63,416 nt of DNA from Desulfobacteraceae bacterium (GTDB lineage Bacteria > Desulfobacterota > DSM-4660 > Desulfatiglandales > Desulfatiglandaceae), in assembly GCA_003599015.1 (NCBI GenBank), contig QZIK01000133.1, positions 1-63,416 on the forward strand, read 5' to 3'. The position numbers were made by a program, and so were the translations under genes. The notes below the pieces were generated by a model. That model was not told the DNA's origin and did not search any database. It worked only from the letters and a program-made list of their open reading frames with translations. Of this stretch, positions 56,119 to 63,416 are shown one piece after another; within the stretch, counting starts at the first letter, position 1, and every line of letters starts with the position of its first letter.

Positions 56119-57414
56119 ATGGTCAATAGATCGAAAGAGCTTTTTGAAAGAGCCCTCAGATGTATCCCTGGCGGCGTGAACAGCCCTGTCAGGGCTGCGA
56201 AGGCAGTGGGGACGGTGCCGGTTTTTATTTCAGATGCAGAAGGCGCGATGCTGCGTGACGCAGACGGAAGGGAGTATATAGACTATGTTTGCTCATGGGG
56301 ACCGATGATTCTGGGACACGCCCATGGTGAGGTGATCGAAGCCGTAAGACGTTGGGCAGAAAGGGGAACGAGCTACGGAGCTCCCACGGAAATAGAGGTG
56401 GAGATGGCAGAAACCATTTGCGCGATGGTCCCATCCATGGAAATGGTTCGCATGGTCAATTCCGGCACGGAGGCCACCATGAGCGCCATAAGGCTTGCAA
56501 GAGGATTTACAGGCAGAGACAAGATAATCAAATTCGACGGGTGTTACCACGGCCACGCAGACAGCCTTCTTGTATCCGCCGGCTCGGGGGTGGCTACCCT
56601 CGGCATCCCTGGAAGTCCGGGGGTTCCGGCAGATCTGGCGCGTCATACCGTCTCGCTTCCCTTTAACGATTTGGAGGCAGTCGGCCTGGCTTTTAGAAGA
56701 TTCGGCTCCGAAGTGGCTGCTGTAATAGTCGAGCCTGTGGCGGGAAACATGGGAGTGGTCCTTCCAGAGGAGGGGTTCCTCCAGGGGCTTCGTGATATGA
56801 CCAGCCGATACGGAGCACTTTTGATATTTGATGAGGTCATAACAGGTTTCAGGCTTTCAGCCGGAGGCGCTCAGGAGGTCTTTTCAATCAGACCGGACCT
56901 TACATGTCTTGGAAAGATCATAGGAGGAGGGCTTCCTGTCGGGGCTTACGGTGGAAGGCGCGATATAATGGAAAGAGTGGCACCCCAGGGGGATATTTAT
57001 CAGGCGGGGACCCTTTCAGGAAACCCCGTTGCCATGGCAGCCGGCCTTGCCACCCTTAAGATTTTGAGAGATGGCAGTTTGTACAACGATTTGAAAGAAA
57101 AAGGAAAAATGCTTTTTTCCGGACTCAAGGAGGCCGCAGAGTCATCCGGAGTAAGCGTCACGGTAAACAGTATCGGTTCTATGGGGTCTGTGTTTTTCAC
57201 CAAAGGACCGGTCAAGGATTTTGAATCTGCCGCACGGGCCAGCACAAGGATTTTCAGGGAATATTACGGGCAAATGCTCAGAGGCGGAATTTACCTGGCT
57301 CCATCGGCCTTTGAGGCCAGTTTTGTGTCTCTTGCTCATAGTCAACAACTCATTGAAAAAACAATTAATTCAGCCAAAGAGGCTTTTCGCTTCCTGGCGG
57401 CAGAAATCTGTTGA
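56119..57414 (+). CDS. hemL: glutamate-1-semialdehyde 2,1-aminomutase
   Basis: [23 protein letters not shown]-terminus, DEVITGFR, and PLP-Lys context [15 protein letters not shown]. Confidence 0.95.
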   Translation: MVNRSKELFERALRCIPGGVNSPVRAAKAVGTVPVFISDAEGAMLRDADGREYIDYVCSWGPMILGHAHGEVIEAVRRWAERGTSYGAPTEIEVEMAETICAMVPSMEMVRMVNSGTEATMSAIRLARGFTGRDKIIKFDGCYHGHADSLLVSAGSGVATLGIPGSPGVPADLARHTVSLPFNDLEAVGLAFRRFGSEVAAVIVEPVAGNMGVVLPEEGFLQGLRDMTSRYGALLIFDEVITGFRLSAGGAQEVFSIRPDLTCLGKIIGGGLPVGAYGGRRDIMERVAPQGDIYQAGTLSGNPVAMAAGLATLKILRDGSLYNDLKEKGKMLFSGLKEAAESSGVSVTVNSIGSMGSVFFTKGPVKDFESAARASTRIFREYYGQMLRGGIYLAPSAFEASFVSLAHSQQLIEKTINSAKEAFRFLAAEIC

Positions 57415-57490
57415 CTTGCCTGGAAGTGCTGTGATAGAGACACAATCTGGTTTTAAAGCCTAGGGGCCGCTGACAGTGCCCGGTGGGTGC

Positions 57491-57709
57491 ATGGACGAAG
57501 ACCTGAAAAAAACCATAAAGGCTTTAGGTTACTTGAGTACGGTGGGCATGTCCATGGCCCTGTCCGTGGCCATTGGTGCCGCTATAGGGTATTATCTGGA
57601 CAACTATTTCGGGACAGGCCCGTGGCTGACCTATGGTTTTTTAGGGCTGGGGATAGCTGCGGCCTTCAGGAATCTGTATATACTTTACAAAAAGGCAAAG
57701 GACCTGTGA
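57491..57709 (+). CDS. AtpZ/AtpI-family small membrane protein (ATP synthase operon leader gene)
   Basis: 72 aa, two TM helices (LSTVGMSMALSVAIGAAIGYYLD; YGFLGLGIAAAFRNLY). Directly precedes atpI/atpB. Confidence 0.6.
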   Translation: MDEDLKKTIKALGYLSTVGMSMALSVAIGAAIGYYLDNYFGTGPWLTYGFLGLGIAAAFRNLYILYKKAKDL

Positions 57710-58098
57710 GCGACTGGCAACAGCTTTCAAGGAAATTGAGAATATTCAACTGGATTTCCCTGCTTATCCTTGCGGTTGCAAGCTGCCTCAGCATGGCTCC
57801 TTCTTTCACACTCGGCTTGGTCCTAGGCGGAATAATCAGTATAGCCAACTTTGCAGTCCTCAGCCGCAGTGTGATTTCCGCCTTTGGTGCGTTCGGAGTG
57901 AGCAAGGCGAGCAAGGTCGCCATAGTATTCAAATACTATCTAAGACTTGCGGCAATGGGAATTCTCATTTGCGTCTTGATTGGCAGCTCATGGGTGAGCC
58001 CTGTGGGACTCGCCTTTGGGCTTTCGATAGTAGTCCTAAACATCATTGTGTTAGGAATTAGTAAAGCGTGTAATTTATCGTCACGGGAGGCTACTTAA
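57706..58098 (+). CDS. atpI: ATP synthase subunit I-like membrane protein
   Basis: The GTG start overlaps the AtpZ stop (GTGA). 130 aa with 4 hydrophobic helices. The upstream half of the 203-aa track ORF is an out-of-frame overlap with AtpZ. Confidence 0.55.
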   Translation: MSDWQQLSRKLRIFNWISLLILAVASCLSMAPSFTLGLVLGGIISIANFAVLSRSVISAFGAFGVSKASKVAIVFKYYLRLAAMGILICVLIGSSWVSPVGLAFGLSIVVLNIIVLGISKACNLSSREAT

Positions 58099-58101
58099 CA
58101 C

Positions 58102-58788
58102 ATGCATCATCCTATTTTTTTCATAGATTCCTTTCTTGAGGCCATAGGATTTCATAACGCTTCATTCTTTTCCCATGTGACCCATTCCTGGCTGGTAATG
58201 CTTATTTTGGTTGTCAGCGCCCTTCTTTTTGTAAGAGGGATACAGCTTATTCCAACCAAGGGACAAAATTTCTTCGAGGTCCTTGTTGAAGGACTGGAGA
58301 AGTTCATGGTTGAGATTACGGGACCAGAGGGAAGATTCTTTTTTCCATTCATCGGAACAGTATTTCTGTACATACTTGTGTCCAATCTGATTGGACTTGT
58401 TCCCGGGTTCAACTCGCCCACCGCCAACCTTAATACGACCCTGTCAATGGCTCTTTGCACTTTTATTTACACCCATATAATAGGGATCAAGTTTCACGGG
58501 GTAAAATACGTGAAGCATTTTCTGGGGCCTGTGTGGTGGCTGGCTCCCCTCATGCTTCCCATTGAGTTGATAGGGCACTTTGCCCGTATAATGTCTCTAA
58601 GTGTGAGGCTTTTCGGAAATATATTCGGAAAGGAAATGGTTCTTTCCATACTTTTCGCACTTGCCGGGCTTTACCTGGCTCCGCTTCCGATTCTTTTCCT
58701 GGGTATTCTCGTGAGCTTCATTCAGGCGCTTGTCTTCATGCTGCTTTCAATAATGTATTTTGTGGGTTCCATGGAGCACGCACATTAA
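58102..58788 (+). CDS. atpB: F0F1 ATP synthase subunit a
   Basis: 228 aa. Essential Arg context LSVRLFGNIFGKE. 5-6 TM helices. Confidence 0.9.
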   Translation: MHHPIFFIDSFLEAIGFHNASFFSHVTHSWLVMLILVVSALLFVRGIQLIPTKGQNFFEVLVEGLEKFMVEITGPEGRFFFPFIGTVFLYILVSNLIGLVPGFNSPTANLNTTLSMALCTFIYTHIIGIKFHGVKYVKHFLGPVWWLAPLMLPIELIGHFARIMSLSVRLFGNIFGKEMVLSILFALAGLYLAPLPILFLGILVSFIQALVFMLLSIMYFVGSMEHAH

Positions 58789-58866
58789 GGAAGTTGGCAG
58801 GAATGTTTTTTTGTAATGAGTTTATGGAGGAAGGCCATAAAAATCAATAAAGAGAAGGAGGTTTGT

Positions 58867-59238
58867 ATGTCTAGGAAGAGTTTGGTTAGTATCATGTCGG
58901 CAGGTCTTTTGTTGGGATCGGCATCCATGTCATTTGCCGCAGGAGACCCCCAGGTTCATGCAGCAGGACTCTGGGTGTTCTTCGGTATCGCTATTGCCTG
59001 CGGTTTCGGCATAGGCGTGGCGGCTCTCGGTACCGGCCTGGGCATGGGTAACGCCATTAACGGCGCCCTTCAGGGTACGGCAAGAAACCCTGAGGCGGGC
59101 GGAAAGATCATGACCACTATGATCATTGGTCTGGCCCTGATCGAGTCACTTTGTATCTACGCCCTTGTTATCTGCTTTATTCTTGTCTTTAAGATTCCGG
59201 ACATGGGTGCACTGTTTAATCTTATAGTCGGAAAATAA
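58867..59238 (+). CDS. atpE: F0F1 ATP synthase subunit c with an N-terminal signal-peptide-like extension
   Basis: Hairpin core GLGMGNAINGALQGTARNPEA...IGLALIESLCIYALV. Preceded by MSRKSLVSIMSAGLLLGSASMSFAAG. GAAGGAGG RBS before the ATG at 58867. Confidence 0.85.
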   Translation: MSRKSLVSIMSAGLLLGSASMSFAAGDPQVHAAGLWVFFGIAIACGFGIGVAALGTGLGMGNAINGALQGTARNPEAGGKIMTTMIIGLALIESLCIYALVICFILVFKIPDMGALFNLIVGK

Positions 59239-59253
59239 AAGGCTGAATCAAAA

Positions 59254-59285
59254 AATAGGGGCTCCCAAAGGGCCCCTATTTTTTA
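59254..59285 (+). terminator. intrinsic terminator after atpE
   Basis: AATAGGGGC pairs with GCCCCTATT (9-bp stem), followed by TTTTT. It lies 16 nt after the atpE stop. Confidence 0.7.
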
Positions 59286-59292
59286 CCAGTGA

Positions 59293-59310
59293 ATGTGCAT
59301 TTTTTCACAA
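59293..59310 (+). promoter_or_regulatory. candidate Rex operator
   Basis: ATGTGCATTTTTTCACAA compared with the Rex consensus TTGTGAA-N4-TTCACAA: 12 of 14 specified positions match and the 8-nt TGTG-CACA spacing is correct. It lies 38 nt upstream of rex. Confidence 0.5.
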
Positions 59311-59347
59311 TCTGAAAGGCTTTTTAAACGGAGTCAAATCGGTACTT

Positions 59348-60004
59348 ATGATGAGTGAATCAGGCAAGGTTCCTGCTCCAACCATTGAAAGGCTTGCGAT
59401 CTATTCAAGACCGCTTGAGGACCTTCTTGAATCCGGAACCCCGGTTGTCTCCTCTGAAAGGCTTGCAATTCTTTGTGGCGTTAATCCTGCCCAGGTGAGA
59501 AAGGATCTGGCCTATTTCGGGGAGTTCGGAGTGAGGGGGCTGGGATATGAGGTTAGAGAACTTCTGAGGGCCATAAGGACCATCCTGGCCACCGACCGCG
59601 TATGGCACCTCTGCATAGTAGGAATGGGTAATCTGGGAAGGGCATTGGTTGAGAACGAAAACTTCAAGAAACGAGGATATCTTTTTGCTGCAGCATTTGA
59701 TGTGGACAACAGAAAGGTGGGCGAAAGGCTTCGATGCGGACTTGCTATTGAGCCTATCGCGAAAATAAAAGAACTGGTTGGACGGCTTAACGTTGACATA
59801 GGTGTCATAACGACTCCGCAGGAGGATGCACAGAGGGTGGCCGATCTTCTCACTGATGCAGGTGTAAAGTCATTGCTTAATTTTGCTCCCTTGCAGGTGC
59901 GGGCGCCGGCCTCATGCTTTGTTGAACACGTGGATCTGGGCGTTAAGCTGGAGAATCTCGCATATCATCTGACAAGGTTGCGTGGCGCCAAACCTCATAA
60001 GTAG
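59348..60004 (+). CDS. rex: redox-sensing transcriptional repressor Rex
   Basis: Winged-helix N-terminus (RLAIYSRPLEDL...VSSERLA...NPAQVRKDLAYFGEFGVRGLGY) and Rossmann motif IVGMGNLGRAL. Confidence 0.9.
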   Translation: MMSESGKVPAPTIERLAIYSRPLEDLLESGTPVVSSERLAILCGVNPAQVRKDLAYFGEFGVRGLGYEVRELLRAIRTILATDRVWHLCIVGMGNLGRALVENENFKKRGYLFAAAFDVDNRKVGERLRCGLAIEPIAKIKELVGRLNVDIGVITTPQEDAQRVADLLTDAGVKSLLNFAPLQVRAPASCFVEHVDLGVKLENLAYHLTRLRGAKPHK

Positions 60005-60048
60005 TTCGAGGCACGGCATCTGTTGTTCCAGGGTGACGCACGGTATGC

Positions 60049-62883
60049 CTATTGCCCTGTTACCCTGCTCAAAAGCTTATCCTGCAGGTAACTCCCGGTA
60101 TATGATGCCTTGCAGGATGCTAGCTGCTCCGGAGTTCCGGCAGCAACCACGTAACCGCCATCTTCTCCCCCCTCAGGCCCCAGATCTATAACGTAGTCTG
60201 CTGTCTTGATTACGTCAAGGTTATGTTCAATAACCAAGACAGTATTTTTTAGGGCGACAAGATGATCCAGCACCTCCAGAAGCTTCTTAATGTCTTCAAA
60301 ATGAAGCCCTGTTGTGGGTTCATCCAGCAAATAAACGGCCCCTCCGCTTGTCTTTTTGCTGAGTTCCCTGGCGAGCTTTATCCTCTGTGCCTCTCCGCCT
60401 GAAAGAGTGGTTGCCTGCTGGCCCAATCTTACATAACCAAGACCGACATCCATCAGTGTTGTTAGCTTTGAGCGAAGGGCAGGGATCTTTTCGAAGAAAC
60501 TGGATGCCTCCCTCACCGTCATATTCAGCAGATCCGCAATTGTATACCCCCTGTATCGTACCTCCAGCGTATCTCTGTTGTACCTAAGTCCGCCGCATGC
60601 CTCGCATGTAACGTAGACATCAGGCAGAAAATGCATCTCTATCTTTATTATTCCATCTCCTTTGCATCTCTCGCATCTTCCCCCTGCCACGTTGAAGCTG
60701 AACCTCCCTGCCCTGTATCCTCTTGACCTGGATTCAGGAAGCATGGCAAAGAGCTCCCTTATGTGGAAAAAGATCCCAGTATATGTGGCCGGGTTGGACC
60801 TTGGTGTCCTTCCAATAGGGCTTTGGTCAACATTTATAACCCTTGTGATGCCTTCAATCCCGCTTATACTGTCAACTTCTCCGACCTTATGGTGTGATCC
60901 GTTAAGGGTGTTGCAGAGGGCAGGGTAGAGGATGCCGTTTATAAGGCTGCTCTTTCCTGAACCGGATACCCCCGTGATACAGGTTAAGGTTCCCAGAGGT
61001 ATCTCGACGGTTATGTTTTTGAGGTTATTCTCTCTTGCACCATGTATGACCATTCTGTTTCCTGTTCCCTTTCTTCTAGAAGCGGGAACAGGGATAATCA
61101 TTTTTCCTGAAAGGTATTTGCCGGTAACGGAGAATGGATCAGCCAGTAGATCTCTGGGGGTTCCCTGGAAAACTATTTCCCCTCCCAATTCGCCCGCGCC
61201 AGGTCCCATGTCAATTACCTGGTCGGCTGCGGTTATTGTCTCATGATCGTGTTCGACTACAATGACTGTGTTTCCGAGTTCCCTTAGTCTTATTAGATTT
61301 TCAAGCAGCCTGAGATTGTCCCGCTGGTGAAGTCCTATGCTTGGCTCATCCAGAACGTAAAGAACGCCGGCAAGGCCTGAGCTAATTTGAGTTGCAAGCC
61401 TTATCCTCTGAGATTCACCTCCTGAAAGGGTCGCTGAAGATCTTTCAAGCGTAAGATACCCCAATCCGACATTTATAAGGAAATAAAGACGTTCCTCTAT
61501 TTCCTTGAGTATCCTGGAGCCAATAGCTCTTTCTTTGGCCGAAAGGTCAAGGGACCTGAAAAAGACGTGGAATCCGGTTATAGGAAGAGCGGTCATCTCC
61601 TTTATGTTTTTTCCTCCTATACGTACAGAAAGGCTTGCCCTGTTTAGCCTCGCGCCAAGGCAAGAAGGGCAGTCACTAACGGTCATGAATTTTTCCAGCT
61701 CAGATCTCGGTAGCTCCGATTCTGTTTCATCGTATTGTCTTTGAAGGGTTGCCAGGACGCCATCAAAGGATCTTGTGAATTTCTCTTTTTCCCTGCCGGT
61801 GTTGAAGGAGAATTTTATCCTTTCTGCTCCTGTTCCAAACAGGATTGCATCCCGGACAATCGAAGGAAGGTCCCTGAAGGGTGTGTCCATATCGGCGCCG
61901 AAGTGCTTGCAGACGGCTGCCAGTACGGTCTGTCCGGCTCCTGATGTACTATAAAGGCGTGGTGCTAGGGCGCCTTGCCTTAATGAAAGATCAGGCCTTG
62001 ATACAATTTTGTCCGGATCAAGATAACTTCTGGTTCCGAGACCACCACAGTCCCGGCAGGCGCCTGCGGGATTGTTAAAGGAAAACATCTGAGGGGTAAG
62101 GCGGGGAAGACTCTTTCCGCATAAGCGGCAGGCTGTCTTCGTACTAAAGAAAACCTCCTTTTGATCCTCTCCCTCCAGTATGAGAGATCCGTCCGACAGC
62201 GAAAGAGCCAGGTCAACCGAATCGGAGATCCTCTTTACAAGGTCTTTCCTTACGGAAATTCGGTCTACAACAACGCTTATTGAGTGACGCTTCGTTTTTT
62301 CAATGCTTATCTCTTCCTCAAGTATAAAGCTCTTCCCGTCCACTTTGACCCTGGTGAAGCCGTCCCTTTGAAGTTTTTCAAAAAGATGGGCATACTCGCC
62401 CCTGCGATCTATTACCAGGGGAGAAAGGATCTGGAATCTGGTTCCTTCCTGTGAGCCCAAAATCTGATCCACTATCTCCTGTGCGGTCTGTGAGCTTATC
62501 TCAACGCCGCAGTCAGGACAGTATGGTCTCCCTATCCTTGCGAAAAGTAACCTCAGATAATCGTATATCTCCGTAACCGTACCTACAGTGGAGCGTGGAT
62601 TGCGCGTTGCGGTTCTCTGTTCAATGGCTATTGCGGGTGATAGACCGTCTATTGAGTCTACATCCGGTTTTTCCATCTGTTCGAGAAATTGTCTGGCATA
62701 GGCTGACAGGGATTCAACGTAGCGCCTCTGTCCCTCTGCGTAGATGGTGTCAAATGCAAGAGATGATTTACCTGAACCGGAAATCCCCGTCACGACTACG
62801 AGCTTATTTCTCGGTATCTCGAGGGAGATGTTCTTGAGGTTGTGCTGTCTTGCTCCCTTTATTTTAATGAAACCCTCTGACAT
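60049..62883 (-). CDS. uvrA: excinuclease ABC subunit A
   Basis: [51 protein letters not shown]-terminus. Two ABC modules, zinc-finger Cys motifs, LSGGE signatures. Start at ATG 62883; the track ORF adds 46 unlikely residues. Confidence 0.95.
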   Translation of the reverse strand: MSEGFIKIKGARQHNLKNISLEIPRNKLVVVTGISGSGKSSLAFDTIYAEGQRRYVESLSAYARQFLEQMEKPDVDSIDGLSPAIAIEQRTATRNPRSTVGTVTEIYDYLRLLFARIGRPYCPDCGVEISSQTAQEIVDQILGSQEGTRFQILSPLVIDRRGEYAHLFEKLQRDGFTRVKVDGKSFILEEEISIEKTKRHSISVVVDRISVRKDLVKRISDSVDLALSLSDGSLILEGEDQKEVFFSTKTACRLCGKSLPRLTPQMFSFNNPAGACRDCGGLGTRSYLDPDKIVSRPDLSLRQGALAPRLYSTSGAGQTVLAAVCKHFGADMDTPFRDLPSIVRDAILFGTGAERIKFSFNTGREKEKFTRSFDGVLATLQRQYDETESELPRSELEKFMTVSDCPSCLGARLNRASLSVRIGGKNIKEMTALPITGFHVFFRSLDLSAKERAIGSRILKEIEERLYFLINVGLGYLTLERSSATLSGGESQRIRLATQISSGLAGVLYVLDEPSIGLHQRDNLRLLENLIRLRELGNTVIVVEHDHETITAADQVIDMGPGAGELGGEIVFQGTPRDLLADPFSVTGKYLSGKMIIPVPASRRKGTGNRMVIHGARENNLKNITVEIPLGTLTCITGVSGSGKSSLINGILYPALCNTLNGSHHKVGEVDSISGIEGITRVINVDQSPIGRTPRSNPATYTGIFFHIRELFAMLPESRSRGYRAGRFSFNVAGGRCERCKGDGIIKIEMHFLPDVYVTCEACGGLRYNRDTLEVRYRGYTIADLLNMTVREASSFFEKIPALRSKLTTLMDVGLGYVRLGQQATTLSGGEAQRIKLARELSKKTSGGAVYLLDEPTTGLHFEDIKKLLEVLDHLVALKNTVLVIEHNLDVIKTADYVIDLGPEGGEDGGYVVAAGTPEQLASCKASYTGSYLQDKLLSRVTGQ

Positions 62884-62917
62884 ATTATTCCGTCTAGATT
62901 TTGAAAGAAGCATCGTT

Positions 62918-63416
62918 TCATGGTCTGGTAAGTTCACCAGCAGGATAAGAGTCCTTTTGCCTGGCGGAAGCCATTTGAGATGCCATTTTAATTGCAGAAA
63001 TGAGGCTGGATGGGTCCGCAACTCCCATTCCTGCTATGTCGTAAGCTGTGCCGTGATCCACAGAAGTCCTAATGATCGGAAGGCCAAGGGTTACATTGAC
63101 GGCGTCCCCAAAATGAATCAATTTAATAGGGATAAGACCCTGGTCGTGGTACATGGCAATCACAGCATCGAATTCGCCCTTGTAAGCCCTGTAAAAAAGT
63201 GTATCAGCAGGGAATGGACCCGAAACCGGGACTCCCATTTTCCTGCATTCTTCGACTGCCGGGGCGATTATTTCTGTCTCCTCTGAGCCGAACATCCCCC
63301 CTTCTCCCCCATGGGGGTTAAGAGCGGCAACTGCGATACGGGGGTTCTCTATTGCAAAATACTTAACAAGGGCTTTCCAGGTTATTATAATTACAGAAAT
63401 AATTGTCTCCGCGCAG
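62918..63416 (-). CDS. pdxA: 4-hydroxythreonine-4-phosphate dehydrogenase, C-terminal part; 5' end lies outside the window
   Basis: [40 protein letters not shown]. The reading frame remains open to the window edge. Confidence 0.85.
   Translation of the reverse strand, partial: CAETIISVIIITWKALVKYFAIENPRIAVAALNPHGGEGGMFGSEETEIIAPAVEECRKMGVPVSGPFPADTLFYRAYKGEFDAVIAMYHDQGLIPIKLIHFGDAVNVTLGLPIIRTSVDHGTAYDIAGMGVADPSSLISAIKMASQMASARQKDSYPAGELTRP

Noticed and set aside
57429-57446. A Rex-like inverted repeat CTGTGATAGAGACACAAT upstream of atpZ.
   Set aside because: The TGTG and CACA cores are separated by 7 nt instead of the 8 nt in the Rex consensus. The half-sites therefore cannot both align, and it scores poorly at the flanking positions.
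57487-57705. The N-terminal 73 codons of the 203-aa ORF 57487-58098, which overlap AtpZ in another frame.
   Set aside because: This part is Arg/Gly-rich and non-hydrophobic, whereas the AtpZ frame gives two clean TM helices. A GTG at 57706 overlapping the AtpZ stop gives a sensible all-membrane AtpI-like protein.
58867-59238. A possible Na+-binding signature in the ATP synthase c subunit (the ES pair in LIESLCIY).
   Set aside because: The Gln of helix 1 expected in Na+-binding c-rings is absent (the GLGMG context has Met). The residue after Ser is Leu rather than Thr, so the motif is incomplete and a proton-coupled ring is more likely.
1-63416. A search for CRISPR arrays, IS elements, integrases, prophage genes, restriction-modification or other defence genes, and for tRNA or rRNA genes.
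   Set aside because: No spaced direct repeats, no transposase, integrase, helicase-nuclease or methyltransferase ORFs, and no tRNA-like or rRNA-like segments were seen in any intergenic region. The window looks like core chromosome.

Overview
This 63.4 kb window is a gene-dense chromosomal segment. About 65 CDS are supported, and coding runs switch strand in blocks. I found no rRNA, tRNA, CRISPR array, transposase, integrase or phage genes.

Gene content points to a strictly anaerobic Desulfobacterota (deltaproteobacterial-type) organism; this is inference only. The supporting genes are an AhbA/B-type siroheme decarboxylase next to hemL, the atpZ-atpI-atpB-atpE-rex synteny, a PPi-type phosphofructokinase, a Tat-exported 4Fe-4S protein with a membrane anchor, and TRAP and Liv-type transporters.

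Housekeeping genes include copZ/copA, ackA, fabF plus an ACP, mtaB, mnmA, ispG, proS, relA/spoT, rpmB, mpl, hemL, F0 ATP synthase genes, rex, uvrA and pdxA.

The most interesting loci, in my ranking:
1. 13104-15976 (- strand): a tightly coupled four-gene operon. A stand-alone cobalamin-binding protein carries the CarH-type Wx9EH and ExHxxG signatures. It is followed by a PAS histidine kinase, an unknown all-helical protein, and a response regulator with a CxxC...CxxC tail. This is a candidate B12/light-gated two-component system in an anaerobe.
2. 37432-39940: a GAF-ANTAR regulator followed by a textbook ANTAR RNA target. Two AAAGGC hexaloop hairpins are present, and the second competes with a strong intrinsic terminator. 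The leader sits upstream of an FMN glutamate-synthase-like gene.
3. 17501-22269: a BASS transporter, SDR, Xsc-like ThDP enzyme and acetate kinase, suggesting C2-sulfonate (sulfoacetaldehyde) fermentation or respiration.

Secondary observations:
- two unannotated small-ORF loci with near-consensus promoters
- an envelope thiol-redox cluster with a Cys-less rhodanese
- a catalytically degenerate Tpt1/KptA homolog
- a NIL-ferredoxin translationally coupled to a CxxC-type MnmA
- a KaiC-like pseudo-ATPase/HTH/cupin regulator
- a possible structured leader upstream of pfk
- a Rex box in front of rex

All calls come from reading the translated ORFs and the DNA by eye. No database search or folding program was run.
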